Assembly (NCBI GenBank): GCA_010093745.1
Contig: MU005965.1
Span: 372,001 to 419,309, forward strand
Source: Piedraia hortae CBS 480.64
Taxonomy: Eukaryota
Direction: 5' to 3'
DNA: 47,309 nucleotides
This document shows positions 11,117 to 22,547 of the stretch, one piece after another (position 1 is the first letter of the stretch; every line of letters begins with the position of its first letter). The notes under the pieces are model-generated. The model saw only the letters and a program-made list of their open reading frames with translations. It was not told where the DNA came from and ran no database searches. A program made the position numbers and the translations under genes.

Positions 11117-13096
11117 TCACCGCTCACCATGCTTCAAAGCCAAAACAACCGCATCCGCTGCGGCTACACGCACGATCCTTTTTAGCGTTGCTTTATGATC
11201 CGCCTCTCTGTACTCGCCCATCCCGTCTACCCTCTCATTAGACTCGATGTTCAGCGTCTCGTAGCCCTGCTTTATAACTGCAATGACGCCCTTGGGGCTG
11301 AGGTGGTCCTGTTTTGCCTTGTGCTCTTCGATCAGCTCGTTGTAGTGGGTTGATACCCCGATCAGAGCCTTGATCCTGCTCTCGCTCTCCGACTTGGAAA
11401 GCTGGTAGCTGTTGCTTAGTTTGGTCAGTGCCTCACCCGACTCTACCAACTTGTACAGCAAATCATCGTATTCCTTTGCCTCGAGGAGGAAGGCCTCTCC
11501 GCTCGTCAGTGCGCGGTGGAGCACTTGGACGAGCAGTTCTACGACTTCCTGCGATCCGGACAGGGTCTTCAAATCGCCGTGGTACTGCTCTAGAAATCGG
11601 GCGAATGAGAGGAGGCTTCGCCATAACTCGGACCAGTGATATGGAAGCTTCGTCCTCGTTTTGGAGAGGTACGAGAGCAGGTGCGACATGGTAGTCAGGA
11701 ACTGCATGTACAGGCCCACGTCTAGCCGTTTCCGGAGGTTGTGGTTGATGCCGTCGACTAGAATGTCCAGAATGGCAGACGCATAGGGCCGATTGTCCCA
11801 TTTGCCCGGCGGAAGATGCGGAGGTCGTTGTCGGCATAACCTGACAGCCCCAGACGTCTCGCAGAGGGCCTTTGCCGTTCCTGAGTCCTGGACCAGAATG
11901 AGGAGGATCAGACAGGTCGTGTAAGAATACAGCACTGCCCTGGCTGAGCGGTGGGCATGTTGACTGAGATATGAGGTTAATGATAAGAATGAGCTGATCG
12001 GGGGCGGCTGTTCCGCTGGAAACGCTGGTGGCTGAGTAGTAAATCGATGGCGAAAGAGTCTATTCGCAAGAACGAAATCATAGAGGGTCAGAAGAATAGC
12101 ACTCTCCGGACCAGGCTGCTCTGAAAAGAGCTCTTTTTGTTGCTCTTCGGCCAAGACCGGAACGGCTGGTGTTCCTGCCAACGCGCCAAGACCTACATAA
12201 CTCAGTGCGCCTGTCAAACTCCACCCCACTGGCGTATCGTCGAGAATGCCAATATATCTCGCGCGTAGCAAGGTACATGTCCATGCCACCGACTCCACAA
12301 CCTCGCCCATGGCGCCATCGTTGACAAAATCCGCAAATCGCACTCTATACTGATTCTGCGCTTCGAATTTGTTGTTGTTTGCAAGTAGTCCCGTTAGCAA
12401 TAAAGGCTCTGCGGCCTGTAGTGGACTGTCAAGCTGCTGGACAAGCTTCATGAGAGCTGGAAAAAAGTCCCGCTGGAAGAAATACGTGATCAGTGCCGTC
12501 TTGTAGCTACCAGAGACCACCGCGATGGCTGTGCGGACGGCTTTCTGCCGCACCGGTAGAGATCGTCCTTTATCGATAACATCGTCCAGGACAGCGACGA
12601 GCTCGTTGAAGACGGAATCCACCTTGTCCAGGCCCGCTAGGACTTCAATCACATCGGAGCTGGGACTGGTGTACTTTTTGCCAAGTACAAGGGCGAAGAA
12701 TACTATGAGCGTCTGTTAACAATCAATAAAAGGGCAAGATCCTGGAAATAGCAAGTGACATACGTCCAATGCATTCTCGTCCGCCGGGGCCTGAGCCGCT
12801 TTGATCGCTTTTACCGCATGCTGAAGCAGCTGTTGTGATTGTTGCTGATTTTGTAAAAGAAAATCTCCGCTTGCTTTGTCCAGAATTTCCCGTAAACGAC
12901 CAAGCTCGGGCTTCAATAGGAGCAATTCTCGCCAGAAACCAGACGGTTTCTCTTCATCGCTGACTTCCTAACTGGAATGAATATACGCTAAACAAGACGG
13001 ATGTACAAAACTTACGCCAAAGAGCTTCTTATACAGATCAATGACTTTGGGCTCAAACACTGGCGGACGCGTCTGCTGCGTCAGAGGACTTTCCAT
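11117..13096 (-). CDS. ARMH3: Armadillo-like helical domain protein 3 (DUF1741/UPF0668); complement(join(11117..12712,12764..12967,13016..13096))
   Basis: Two GT-AG introns (48 and 51 nt) give MESPLTQQ...FEPKVIDLYKKLF...GFWRELLLLKP...KYTSPSSDVIEVLAGLD. C-terminal DUF1741-like 'INHNLRKRLD...YHWSELWRSLL...YDDLLYKLVE'. Confidence 0.85.
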
Positions 13097-13207
13097 CACT
13101 ATTGTCACCAAACATTCATCTGGTGTTGACTGCTGTCACATTTTGTGGGTCCTTGTGTCACGGAGACTTCCGCGCTAACGACGTCATTTGCCATCAGCGT
13201 TCGAACC

Positions 13208-15194
13208 ATGGCTGGCATCCTGTCGTCTGCAAAGGGCGCAGTAAGTAGTGCAATTTCCAAAGATGAGAATAAACAGGGGACTTCAGAGGAGCTGTCCCTC
13301 ACGACCGTTCTCAGCACCGAAGATGATCGTTCCGCGTTGACGATTCTCATTGCCGACGCCACTGAATGCATGCGGAAGAACATTGTTGATGTGTTCGAGG
13401 TGCAGAGTGTTGGAAGTGATGCCAAGGTTGATGCATTCAAAAGCGTGAAAGACGACGACGCTTCGAAAGAGGTGAAAGATGGCAGCTCGCCCAAGGATGA
13501 AACCGTAAAAGAGGTCGAGCAGCCCAAAAGTAAGGCTGCTGAGACCCAACAGCAAGAAAAAGAACTCTCGTCCAAGCAAATGCGGGACCTCAAAGAAGCT
13601 GCACTGAAACACTTTGACGAATGGCGAACAAGCGCCATGCAACGAATTGGCGAGACGGTCAATTCCAAAAAGGCGGCCGAGAAGCAGAAGGAAGCTGCCC
13701 AGCCCAAGCAAAGCGTGAACCCCATGCGGTACCCCGAGTCTTCATATTACGATGCAAACGTCGACAAGACGCTACTCCAGCTCTATCCCCCAGTGGAAAC
13801 CGATCTGACAAAGTTGCCCAAGGAGAGAAGAGCGTTGATTGTGCACTCTGTCCTGCTTCTGCTCCTCAGCTTGGAACACTACCAGTCTTATTCCAGAACA
13901 CTGCTGTTGTATCTGACTACCAGCCTAGGCCTGTCTCTTTCGTTTCTTGCCGAAGACGAAAGCAAGGTCGCCCGCGGCCTGCTCACCGCTGCTAAGAAGA
14001 TGGAAGCGGACGAGGAGATCAAGAAGCAAACCGAAAAGAACTCTGACTCTCGCACCTGGAAGGTTGGTCTTGCCACAGTCGCTGGTGCTGCGCTGATAGG
14101 CGTCACTGGTGGTCTGGCGGCGCCTTTCCTCGCTGCGGGCGTGGGATCTGTGATGGGTGGGCTCGGGCTGGGTGCCACAGCAGCCGCAGGCTATCTAGGA
14201 ACTCTTGCAGGTAGCAGTGTGCTCGTAGGTGGGCTCTTTGGTGCTTACGGCGGGAAAATGACGGGTCAGATGATGGACCAGTATGCCCGCGAAGTCCAGG
14301 ATTTCGGCTTCGTTCCCATTCGCGAGCAGCACAAACCCCGAAAGATCGAATACGAATATCGTCGTCTTCGCGTATCAATCGGCATTTCAGGCTGGCTGAC
14401 CAACCCTGACGAAGTGGTAGACCCATGGAAAGTGATTGGCATGGACATGGAGTCTTTTGCCCTGCGATGGGAAGTCGAAGCTTTGATTAACCTGGGCAAT
14501 AGCATGACCACCATGATCAAAAGCGCAGCCTGGGGCTATGCCAAGACTGAAATCATCAAACGCACCGTCTTTGCTTCTCTCATGGCAGGTCTATGGCCTC
14601 TCGCTTTACTAAAAGTCTCCAGGGTGATTGACAATCCATGGAGTGTCGCCAGCTACCGTGCTCAGAAAGCCGGTGAGGTTCTAGCCGACGCTCTCATCAA
14701 CAGGGCGCAGGGCGAGCGGCCCGTCACGCTGGTCGGATACAGTCTCGGGGCGAGGATAATATACTTCTGCCTCCAACGACTTGCCCAGCGGCGGGCTTTT
14801 GGCATCGTCGAGACCGCCATCCTCATCGGTGCACCAACCCCAAGCGCGGCGAACGAGTGGCGACAGATCCGCACCGTCGTCTCCGGCAGAGTCGTCAATG
14901 TGTTCAGCACAAAGGATTACATCCTCGCATTTCTATACCGAAGCAGTTCCATCCAGTTTGGCATCGCAGGCGTACAAGCCGTGGAGTATGTCAAGGGGGT
15001 GGAGAACGTCGATGTCTCAGACATGGTAGCGGGTCATACCGCCTACCGCTTCCTCACCGGGCCAATCTTACAAAAAATCGGCTTCGAAAACGTCGACACG
15101 CATGAACTTAAAAAGGAAGAGGAGCTTCTTGCAGAAAAGAAGGAAAAAGGTGAGGTCGAGACAGCGAAGCCGGAGCCACCGTCAAAGCTACTAG
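13208..15194 (+). CDS. DUF726 / TMCO4 / Mil1-like alpha/beta hydrolase-fold protein; 3' end lost in the assembly gap
   Basis: Gly/Ala-rich hydrophobic 'GLATVAGAALIGVTGGLAAP', 'IDNPWSVA..RAQKAGEVLADAL', and 'GERPVTLVGYSLGAR' (GxSxG). Confidence 0.88.
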
Positions 15195-15484
15195 NNNNNN
15201 NNNNNNNNNNNNNNNNNNNNNNNNNNNNNNNNNNNNNNNNNNNNNNNNNNNNNNNNNNNNNNNNNNNNNNNNNNNNNNNNNNNNNNNNNNNNNNNNNNNN
15301 NNNNNNNNNNNNNNNNNNNNNNNNNNNNNNNNNNNNNNNNNNNNNNNNNNNNNNNNNNNNNNNNNNNNNNNNNNNNNNNNNNNNNNNNNNNNNNNNNNNN
15401 NNNNNNNNNNNNNNNNNNNNNNNNNNNNNNNNNNNNNNNNNNNNNNNNNNNNNNNNNNNNNNNNNNNNNNNNNNNNNNNNNNNN
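15195..15484. other. Assembly gap (290 N)
   Basis: Run of N characters. Confidence 1.
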
Positions 15485-15502
15485 CCTCCCCCCTCCTGGT
15501 CA

Positions 15503-16128
15503 TCATCTTCCACCCCACCCTCCACCCCGTTCATTCACCGCCCTCCTCTTCACAATCCGTCCCTGCTCCTTCACGCCCATCACGACCTTTTCGATCCCCA
15601 CCTCAACCACCACCCCACCCACAATCATTTCGTTGAGCACAGCATGCAAAACCTCAAAATTAAAAATCAAATCCAACTCACAGACATTCTCGAATAATCT
15701 ATCCAGCGCTTCGACGTAGCATTGGATGAAATCGATTAATGCTAAAGGGGACTCGGTGGATGTGCTGATCAGGATGAAGTAAAGGGTTGCGTATTGGCCG
15801 TAGGTTATGAGGGAGGGGAGGTCGGATGATAGAGATGCTGACGCGGAGGAAGAGTCATCTGATAGGGAGGGGAGATCATTTGATAAGGACGCTCCGCTGG
15901 ATGTGGGGGATAATAAAGGGGGGAGAGGTAAGAATTTGCATGCGCTCGACGGACGGCGCGAGACGAGGGTGAAGATTTCTGAGAGGAGGCGTTGTTGGAC
16001 GGAGGTATCCTAGACCTTTTAGTGGGGTGGTTTGGATGGAAAAAGGGGGGGTTAGGTACGAGGTGGGTGTAGAATTTTGTAAGGCGCGGTTGGCCTTTGT
16101 TGTTGAAGATTAGGACTGCGTTGATCAT
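15503..16128 (-). CDS. APS3: AP-3 adaptor complex sigma subunit; complement(join(15503..16009,16060..16128)), 191 aa
   Basis: MINAVLIFNNKGQPRLTKFY, then a 50-nt GT..TAG intron, then DTSVQQRLLSEIF...YATLYF...ESPLALIDFIQCYVEALDRLFENVCELDLIFNF...EMIVGGVVVE. Confidence 0.92.
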
Positions 16129-16710
16129 CTTATTGTATGGAAATGAGGGGAAGTGGGTTGGGGTTGGAGGACGAGGGGCGGGTCGGGCCGGTGATTTGTT
16201 GCGCTGGTTTTTTCGACGAGGGCTTTGTGCACTGGGGAGAGGGTGCTTTTTGAGGTTCGGAGTTGTTGTTTCCCGCAGATTGCTTACTGCCTGCAGAGAG
16301 ATGGATTGGGATCTGATGAATGGCGCAATTTTGGGGCGAGTATGGGTAACACTGAAGTCGTAATCGACGGCGAAACAGGACGGTTGGAGTACGCGGGGAT
16401 AATTTTGAGAGGACAGCATGATGTGAGGTTGACGAGCGGAATGGGCCGGGCCGGCTTGGCGGGGTTTCTTCGTGGGTTTTCACGCAAAGTAATTTTGTTG
16501 ACATTACTCTGCAAGTTTTACTCACAGTGATTTGGCACAAGAATGCAGTCTTACTTTGATACTTCTTGTGTCATTCTGATGCTGTATCTCTTCCTCAGTT
16601 TGGATGGCCCTCTACGTCATCGATGCCGAGGCAGTCTTTCATGACCGCTGCATTGTCGTTGAATAATGGCCAAGGTTTCCCCACAAGGACTCAGTAACTC
16701 CGTCTCACTT

Positions 16711-16737
16711 TTTCTTTGTTCTGTCTCAGAGTATAAA
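16711..16737 (+). promoter_or_regulatory. TR-box-like HMG binding site (TTTCTTTGTTC, 16711-16721) and TATA box (TATAAA, 16732-16737)
   Basis: Exact match to the S. pombe Ste11 TR-box consensus, next to a TATA box, 171 bp upstream of ATG 16891. Confidence 0.55.
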
Positions 16738-16890
16738 CATCTCGAACTGCCCCCGCTACAATGTCTATTGTAATTTCGGTCAACATTTCCGCAAGAGCAT
16801 ACGAGGATTCATAAGCTGAGCTTGTTCCCTCCTTCGACATCAATCAGCAGCAACTCCCTGGCAGAACTAGATTAGACTTCCGCATTCATC

Positions 16891-18513
16891 ATGTTCTCAA
16901 CAACCCGATTCAAAGCCTCCGGCATCATCAAAGCCAGCAACGGCCATCAACAGAATGACAACTCTCCCATCTTTGGCACAGCCGCCACCGTCCCGAAGAC
17001 AGCCAAACCAACCCGTCGACCGGCAACACCTGGCCTCGGCCGAACAGCCCATACTCCCCAACGACTCCGTTCCAAGGCCAAGGTCGCTATACGATCTGCA
17101 GGACACAAAGCCAAGGCCATGGTATCCAAAGGTCAAGGTATCAGGCTCAGTTCAGAACCAGCCACACATGCCATGCACCAATCTGTCATTTCTTACTCTT
17201 CCCGTCCCACTACCGCTAACAGCAAGCTTACCACTCTGTCCAGCGTTACCCCAACCATCACCCGAACAAGCCCATCTGGTCGAAACTCACAGGTTGTCCA
17301 CCCAGCAAATCACATCCCATCAACACCACCACCCAGAAACAACGTTCGATTTTCCCACCCTGCCGTCACCAACGCCAGAATGTTATCCCCCCAATCAATC
17401 CGGAGCAACGGCCGACAGCTGCCTCCCTCCCCACAGCTCGACTCCATTGACTCCAGTGCCATTCCTGCCGCCGTGCGCGCTTCGGTTACTGACTGGAACA
17501 GGCTCAGCGGCGTCGAAAGAGTGAAAGCCATTAACAAAGTCGATGGCCTCGGATCTCTTGTCCCGCGAAAATTCCTTTGCGCCCTTGACGAGGTAGCCGA
17601 AGATCTAGACGATGAAATCCAAGAGGATCGCGCAGATGCCCTTTCCACTCTCGAAGGCCAGCATGAGATTAACCGCGAAGCTGCCCTCTCCGCCCTCGAG
17701 GGCAAGCCAAACATCCAGCTTGACCTCCCTGTCTTTCCTGCTGATTCCGAAACAGAGTTCAACCGCGTCGACGCCCTGTCTGTCCTCAATGGTGAGCACG
17801 AACTCAACTGCGAAGCTGCCCTCCTCGCCCTCGAGGGAACACCTTTCAATCCCAAAACAACAGCCCTCTCAAACGACGACACGACCTCCTACGAGCTGGG
17901 CTATATTCCCTACTCTGGCGAATTCTCCCCAGACTTCGACAACGGCGTGCCGGTTTTTCCGGTAAAGCACCGCAAGGGGGGGGCTTATGAATCGCAGACC
18001 TATCATCCTGTTAAGCAGGGTGTCGCGAGCGGAACGAGCAGGGTGAACAGGGTAAGCAGACCGAACTTCGCAAACGTTGTGAGTGGGACGGACAGGGAGT
18101 ATAAAGAGGGCGGGTCCCTCCCCCAAACGCGCTATTCTCCCCCAACCGGTAATCGCCAACACTCGATGATCACCCCCCTCCCCCAAACCCACTATATCCC
18201 CCCCACACTCACAACCCAGACCCACCCCACCCAAGGAACCCAACGGGCAGGTCTCCCAACCCAACCACGACCTCCTCAAACCCCACAGGCACTAAAGCGC
18301 AAAGCCGTCGGCTCATCTAACCAGATCCCAGCTCCGTTAGGTTCTCACCCCATGCCAATGTACCCGGATGATTTCAAGCCAAGACCAATAAAGGTGGCGA
18401 AGAGACCGGTGGATGTGAATAAACCTCTCCCGCCCTCGCCTGGACCGAGGTCGCCGAGGAGGTTCACGTACGGGGCGGTGCCGGGTGGGGGGCGTTGTAT
18501 GTTTAGTGTATGA
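16891..18513 (+). CDS. Hypothetical Pro/Ser/Thr-rich protein (540 aa) with an internal 45-aa-period duplication
   Basis: 1623-nt uninterrupted ORF, CATCATG start context, upstream TATA. No domain recognised. Confidence 0.75.
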   Translation: MFSTTRFKASGIIKASNGHQQNDNSPIFGTAATVPKTAKPTRRPATPGLGRTAHTPQRLRSKAKVAIRSAGHKAKAMVSKGQGIRLSSEPATHAMHQSVISYSSRPTTANSKLTTLSSVTPTITRTSPSGRNSQVVHPANHIPSTPPPRNNVRFSHPAVTNARMLSPQSIRSNGRQLPPSPQLDSIDSSAIPAAVRASVTDWNRLSGVERVKAINKVDGLGSLVPRKFLCALDEVAEDLDDEIQEDRADALSTLEGQHEINREAALSALEGKPNIQLDLPVFPADSETEFNRVDALSVLNGEHELNCEAALLALEGTPFNPKTTALSNDDTTSYELGYIPYSGEFSPDFDNGVPVFPVKHRKGGAYESQTYHPVKQGVASGTSRVNRVSRPNFANVVSGTDREYKEGGSLPQTRYSPPTGNRQHSMITPLPQTHYIPPTLTTQTHPTQGTQRAGLPTQPRPPQTPQALKRKAVGSSNQIPAPLGSHPMPMYPDDFKPRPIKVAKRPVDVNKPLPPSPGPRSPRRFTYGAVPGGGRCMFSV

Positions 18514-19305
18514 TATCTTCTATGATGTGCCTCGTTACTCTTTTGGAGGGTGTTGGGGGTTGTTGACTGGGCTTGGGGTATGGAGCAGGTAGGTTTTTCT
18601 TCCTTTTTTTTTGTACTCTCATTGGTGAATGAAGGGTTTGAGAAGGCGTTTGTGTAGCTTTAAAGATGCAATTTAGGTGGAAGAGACTGAGCTTCCAACG
18701 GCCTATATAGCGGTAGGTTTGGTTGACTTTTCATGACAAATTCTGTGCACAATATTGTCGATGTTTCTCCTGGTGGGAGGACGCTTTCTAGATCCAGGCC
18801 GGTGTTGGTCCAATGCTAGACCGAACAACGGCAGGAAATAAATTTCAGAGCCAAAACACATCTGAGCAAGCGTGTGTGTGTCAAGCAACAAAACATCCAG
18901 CCTGCGTCGCGATAGAGACATACAACACCTGGCGCCTTACTCTTACCGACAGCAGAATGCCTCGAGCTTTTTTTGGCCGATTCTTCCGTTTTTGAATGCT
19001 GCGCTCTTTTCAGAACGGTTCGCACCAACCTGCGCCGCCAACCTATCTCGAATGACTGCCTTGTCCTCGCCACTCATCTGCCCTCTCCCTGCGCAACGGC
19101 GTAACGCTCATGTGCATCAGAGATAACACTTGACGGCCTCCTTGTGGATAGACGCAATCCTATCGTCAACTCTCTCGGCCAACAAGTTTTCCCTACCATT
19201 TATCCGAATGATCGTTACCTGCCCATCCAAGTTATCGGCTGTGAAGCTAGAGCTTTGCTCTGGCTCATACGAGGGACTAGTCCGTGTTGCTAGCCAGTTG
19301 TTGCT

Positions 19306-19663
19306 TGTAGACATTTAGCTCCCATGGGTGAGAGTGCGCAGCGACCCAAAGAGGACGGAGCGATAGACGAAATCAGGGACAGTACAGACGTAGATGTATA
19401 TGAGTCAATACCGGTGTCGATATGACAGTGTGAATGACTATTTTATCTCTATGGGACGTCAGAATGAAAATTCTGTACGGGTGGGCCGGTGACGTCACGT
19501 CGCACGCTAGCAGGGCGCATTCACCATATCACATATGACATGACCCTGAGGGAAACCCTCTGTGAGGGGAAAACCTAGGGTGCAGCTGGTGGTGTAGGAG
19601 GTATCGCTGACTTGCTATGCAAGTGCCCCGCATACGCGCTAGTGGCGATGCTTGAATCCAACA
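19306..19663 (-). mobile_element. Solo LTR, family A (358 bp)
   Basis: Reverse complement starts TGTTGGATT and ends TCTACA; closely similar to 26393-26754 and 42340-42702. Flanks TTGCT/TGGCT (4/5 TSD match). Confidence 0.88.
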
Positions 19664-20000
19664 TGGCTCAGGATGATCGCTCGGCGAATCATACACCAAG
19701 CGTAACATGGCCTGACAAAAATAAATTCTCATCGTGTCATGCTGTTATTTGATGTAGCAATGGATGTGTATACGTGGAATGATTATTCCTATTTGAATGG
19801 GGTAACAAATGTCAGGTTTAGTGATGGAATATGGAGGTGGTGATCTAGCGTAGCGTCATGTGCAATATGGATACGGAGAGTGGGAACAAGAACAGCGTCT
19901 GTGGTTATGCTTATGCATTGAGTTGTATTGTCTTATTATCTTTAGGTCTGAAGGACGTGAGAGGCTGACCACAATTGGCCCATATTCCGGCACGGTCCGG

Positions 20001-20304
20001 ACCGCATTCGCTGTGATCACATCATGTGACGTGACCAGGTCCCAGGGGAAACATTCTCTGTGAGATAAAAACCCTGAGAAATTTTATGAGACGGTAAACC
20101 CTCTCATATAGTATACAGCCAGGTTGCAACTGCGAGCTTAGAAGTCGATGTTTTTCAGGGTCTGACCTCCATAGGAGGAGGTTTTTCCCTGGGACGAGGT
20201 ACGGTGCCGTTCATGCTCTGTGCGTGCTCGGTGACGTAGTTTCGGTGAATGCGGCTAGCCCTGGGTTAACGTGAGGTAAAGTTCCGCACTTTACCTCACC
20301 ACAT
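20001..20304. repeat. Two older diverged LTR relics related to families A/B, in opposite orientations (~20001-20085 minus, ~20139-20304 plus)
   Basis: Both retain the CAGGG...hairpin...CCCTGGG core and the GAATGCGG motif of family B. Confidence 0.6.
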
Positions 20305-20319
20305 GACCTCAACACCTAC

Positions 20320-20624
20320 TGTCAGAAGGATGTGGCACCCACCATGACCAGAACTATAGATAAAAGTCGAAACTTCTCAGGGTTTTTACCTCTATAGAGG
20401 AAGTTCCCCCTGAGACGGGTCATTGCCTCTCTCATGCGTAAGGGCATGGTGCGCTGACGTTGTCCTGGCGAATGCGGTTAGACTGAGATAGTGCGAGGAA
20501 GCTTTCGAACCTCACCTCACATAGACATAGACTTCTATGTTCACCTTTTAAGTCAAAGCTGAGTGAACACATTTGTCGTTGATGTCCGCTCCACTTCAGT
20601 CCTCGGAGGTTCACCCCTCCGACA
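20320..20624 (+). mobile_element. LTR, family B (305 bp)
   Basis: TGTCAGAAGG...CCTCCGACA inverted termini; highly similar to 45935-46239 and 26859-27134. No intact TSD (CCTAC vs ATGTT). Confidence 0.85.
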
Positions 20625-22547
20625 ATGTTCGATAGTCTAAACTATAGATTAATCGGCCCAGCAAGCAGAGCTAGCAGACTGAACTAAATTTAGGTCCAAC
20701 TACGGGCCACCGTCAGCATTCAGAACGCCGTCAGAATTTTAACCACAACCCTAAAGAGGAGAGCACCACGGACCTTTCCAAGAAAACCGAATGAAACTCT
20801 GTATACTTACTCAGCGGGTCCGCTGACGGATGAACAATCTGGGAAGATGTCGCGGTCATTTGCCTGAGAGGCAATTGTGTGCAGCGTCGTTTGTGGTATT
20901 TGGCTAGGCTCTTTCTCTAAGAATGTTTGCCGGGCAGGCAAACACTCTTATAGAGGGATCGCCCGCGACCATCTATTTCTTTTGCCCAGCGGCTCTCATC
21001 TGTTGTTTTTACGGAGGCATTATCCACCCACATCCCGGGAGAGAGAGGAGTTTTGTCAAATGCGGCTAGTCTGGACTTTGACCACGAAAGCTTGAGCGGC
21101 TCCTCAACCTCGCCAAGATCCTGGCAAGGAGAGGTATGCGATGAGCGGGATCTCGTAGGGTTTAGCGCTGAAAATCATCCACCACAAACTTTCTCTATGC
21201 CTGTTGCACATGTGAGCTGGTTGAGTTCGCGAGAGCCTGAAATGTATAATCGCTGGGGAGGAAGGTGAACCGGTATAGGATAGCAGATCACTGCTCTATG
21301 ACTTCGAGACTTCGATGACGCCTCTATGACAGAGGGCGCTCATGCCACCCTTCGAGTTCGAAAGACCGTCTTCAGGAGTTGTATTTCGCCTTTTCGGTGG
21401 CTCCTTAGTCATCATCCTTCGGACAAAATTCCAACTTCACATGGGCTACTCAAACAACGAATGCACGAGAAATCTGGATAAAAACTAGGACTCTGACGGG
21501 TCTGTGACCTCATCGTCCTCAAGCGATAGCCGCAGCACCGGTGAGTCTGAGCCAACTCGATATGCTTGTATCAAGGCAAGCGATGTGTGGGCTCAGCTGG
21601 ATGAACTAGATCGCGAGAGGGCTGCTACCGCTGAAGCGATTCTGATAGCAGCGATGAAGTTGAGAGTGCTGGCGAAAGTGGCAACGAGGATGATTAGGAA
21701 ATAGGAGATTCCAAGGGGTATAAGGATGTCGATGTGGGTGGCGAGGAGGACGCGGACGATAGATCGAAAGAGTCTGATGATGAAAATGGAGAGGACGATG
21801 TAAAGAATTTGGACGAATAAATGGTTGACCCTGGCGAGGAGGTTTGTGGCGTGGAAATGAAAGATTATGATGGAGATGATGAAGACGAGGAGATGGGTGG
21901 TATTGATCACCGGCCCAAAGAAGGGATGTAAGCCATTGTGAGCACTACTAGATAGTCGAAATGTGCATGCTATTCGGTCTCAAATTCCCAAGAGCTGCTC
22001 GAAGAGAGAACATTCAAACCAATAACAATTCTCTGGTTTGTTATCTTTTCTAGGTGATTGATCTTTAGATGTTAATGTGCACCAAGATTAGTTTCCTGGA
22101 TGATGCCAGCCCAGTTTGATCTATGTGGGATTACATCCAAAATATAAAGAGGCTCTCAGATGGAACCAAGTACACATTACTGACAATTCAAAATTCGGCC
22201 CATTATGCAGCACTGAGAACCAGACTGTCGCACACATTCCTCCTCCGCTTGCGTGAACAATGTTTCTCTAAGACTCTAATGCCAGGCGCAGCTAATACGG
22301 CAGCTAAAGGTCTTCGCCGCATTCGTGCGTAACAAACATCCCCCTCTCCCCCCCCCCCTCCCCCAACGGGGTTCCATCAACTTAGGCTTGTCATACTACT
22401 TTTATAAGCTCAGTCGCTTGGAAAATTTACCTTTGCGTGGGACCATCATTGTAATCACCGTTTAGGATTGATTGAGACATGAAAGGAGATCCCTACCAAA
22501 TTCTCGGGAGACACAAGAAAAAACCACCTATCTCCCTCATCTAAAAC

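Noticed and set aside
13145..15697. 850-aa ORF running across the gap
   Set aside because: Artefact of translating Ns; the sequence after the gap is the antisense of APS3.
18480..18513. CAAX/pheromone-like C-terminus of the orphan protein
   Set aside because: It ends CMFSV; the Cys is fifth from the end, so this is not a CAAX box.
19529..19732. Repeated peptide 'CWIQASPLARMRGTC...' in three ORFs as a gene family
   Set aside because: It is the incidental translation of family A LTR DNA.
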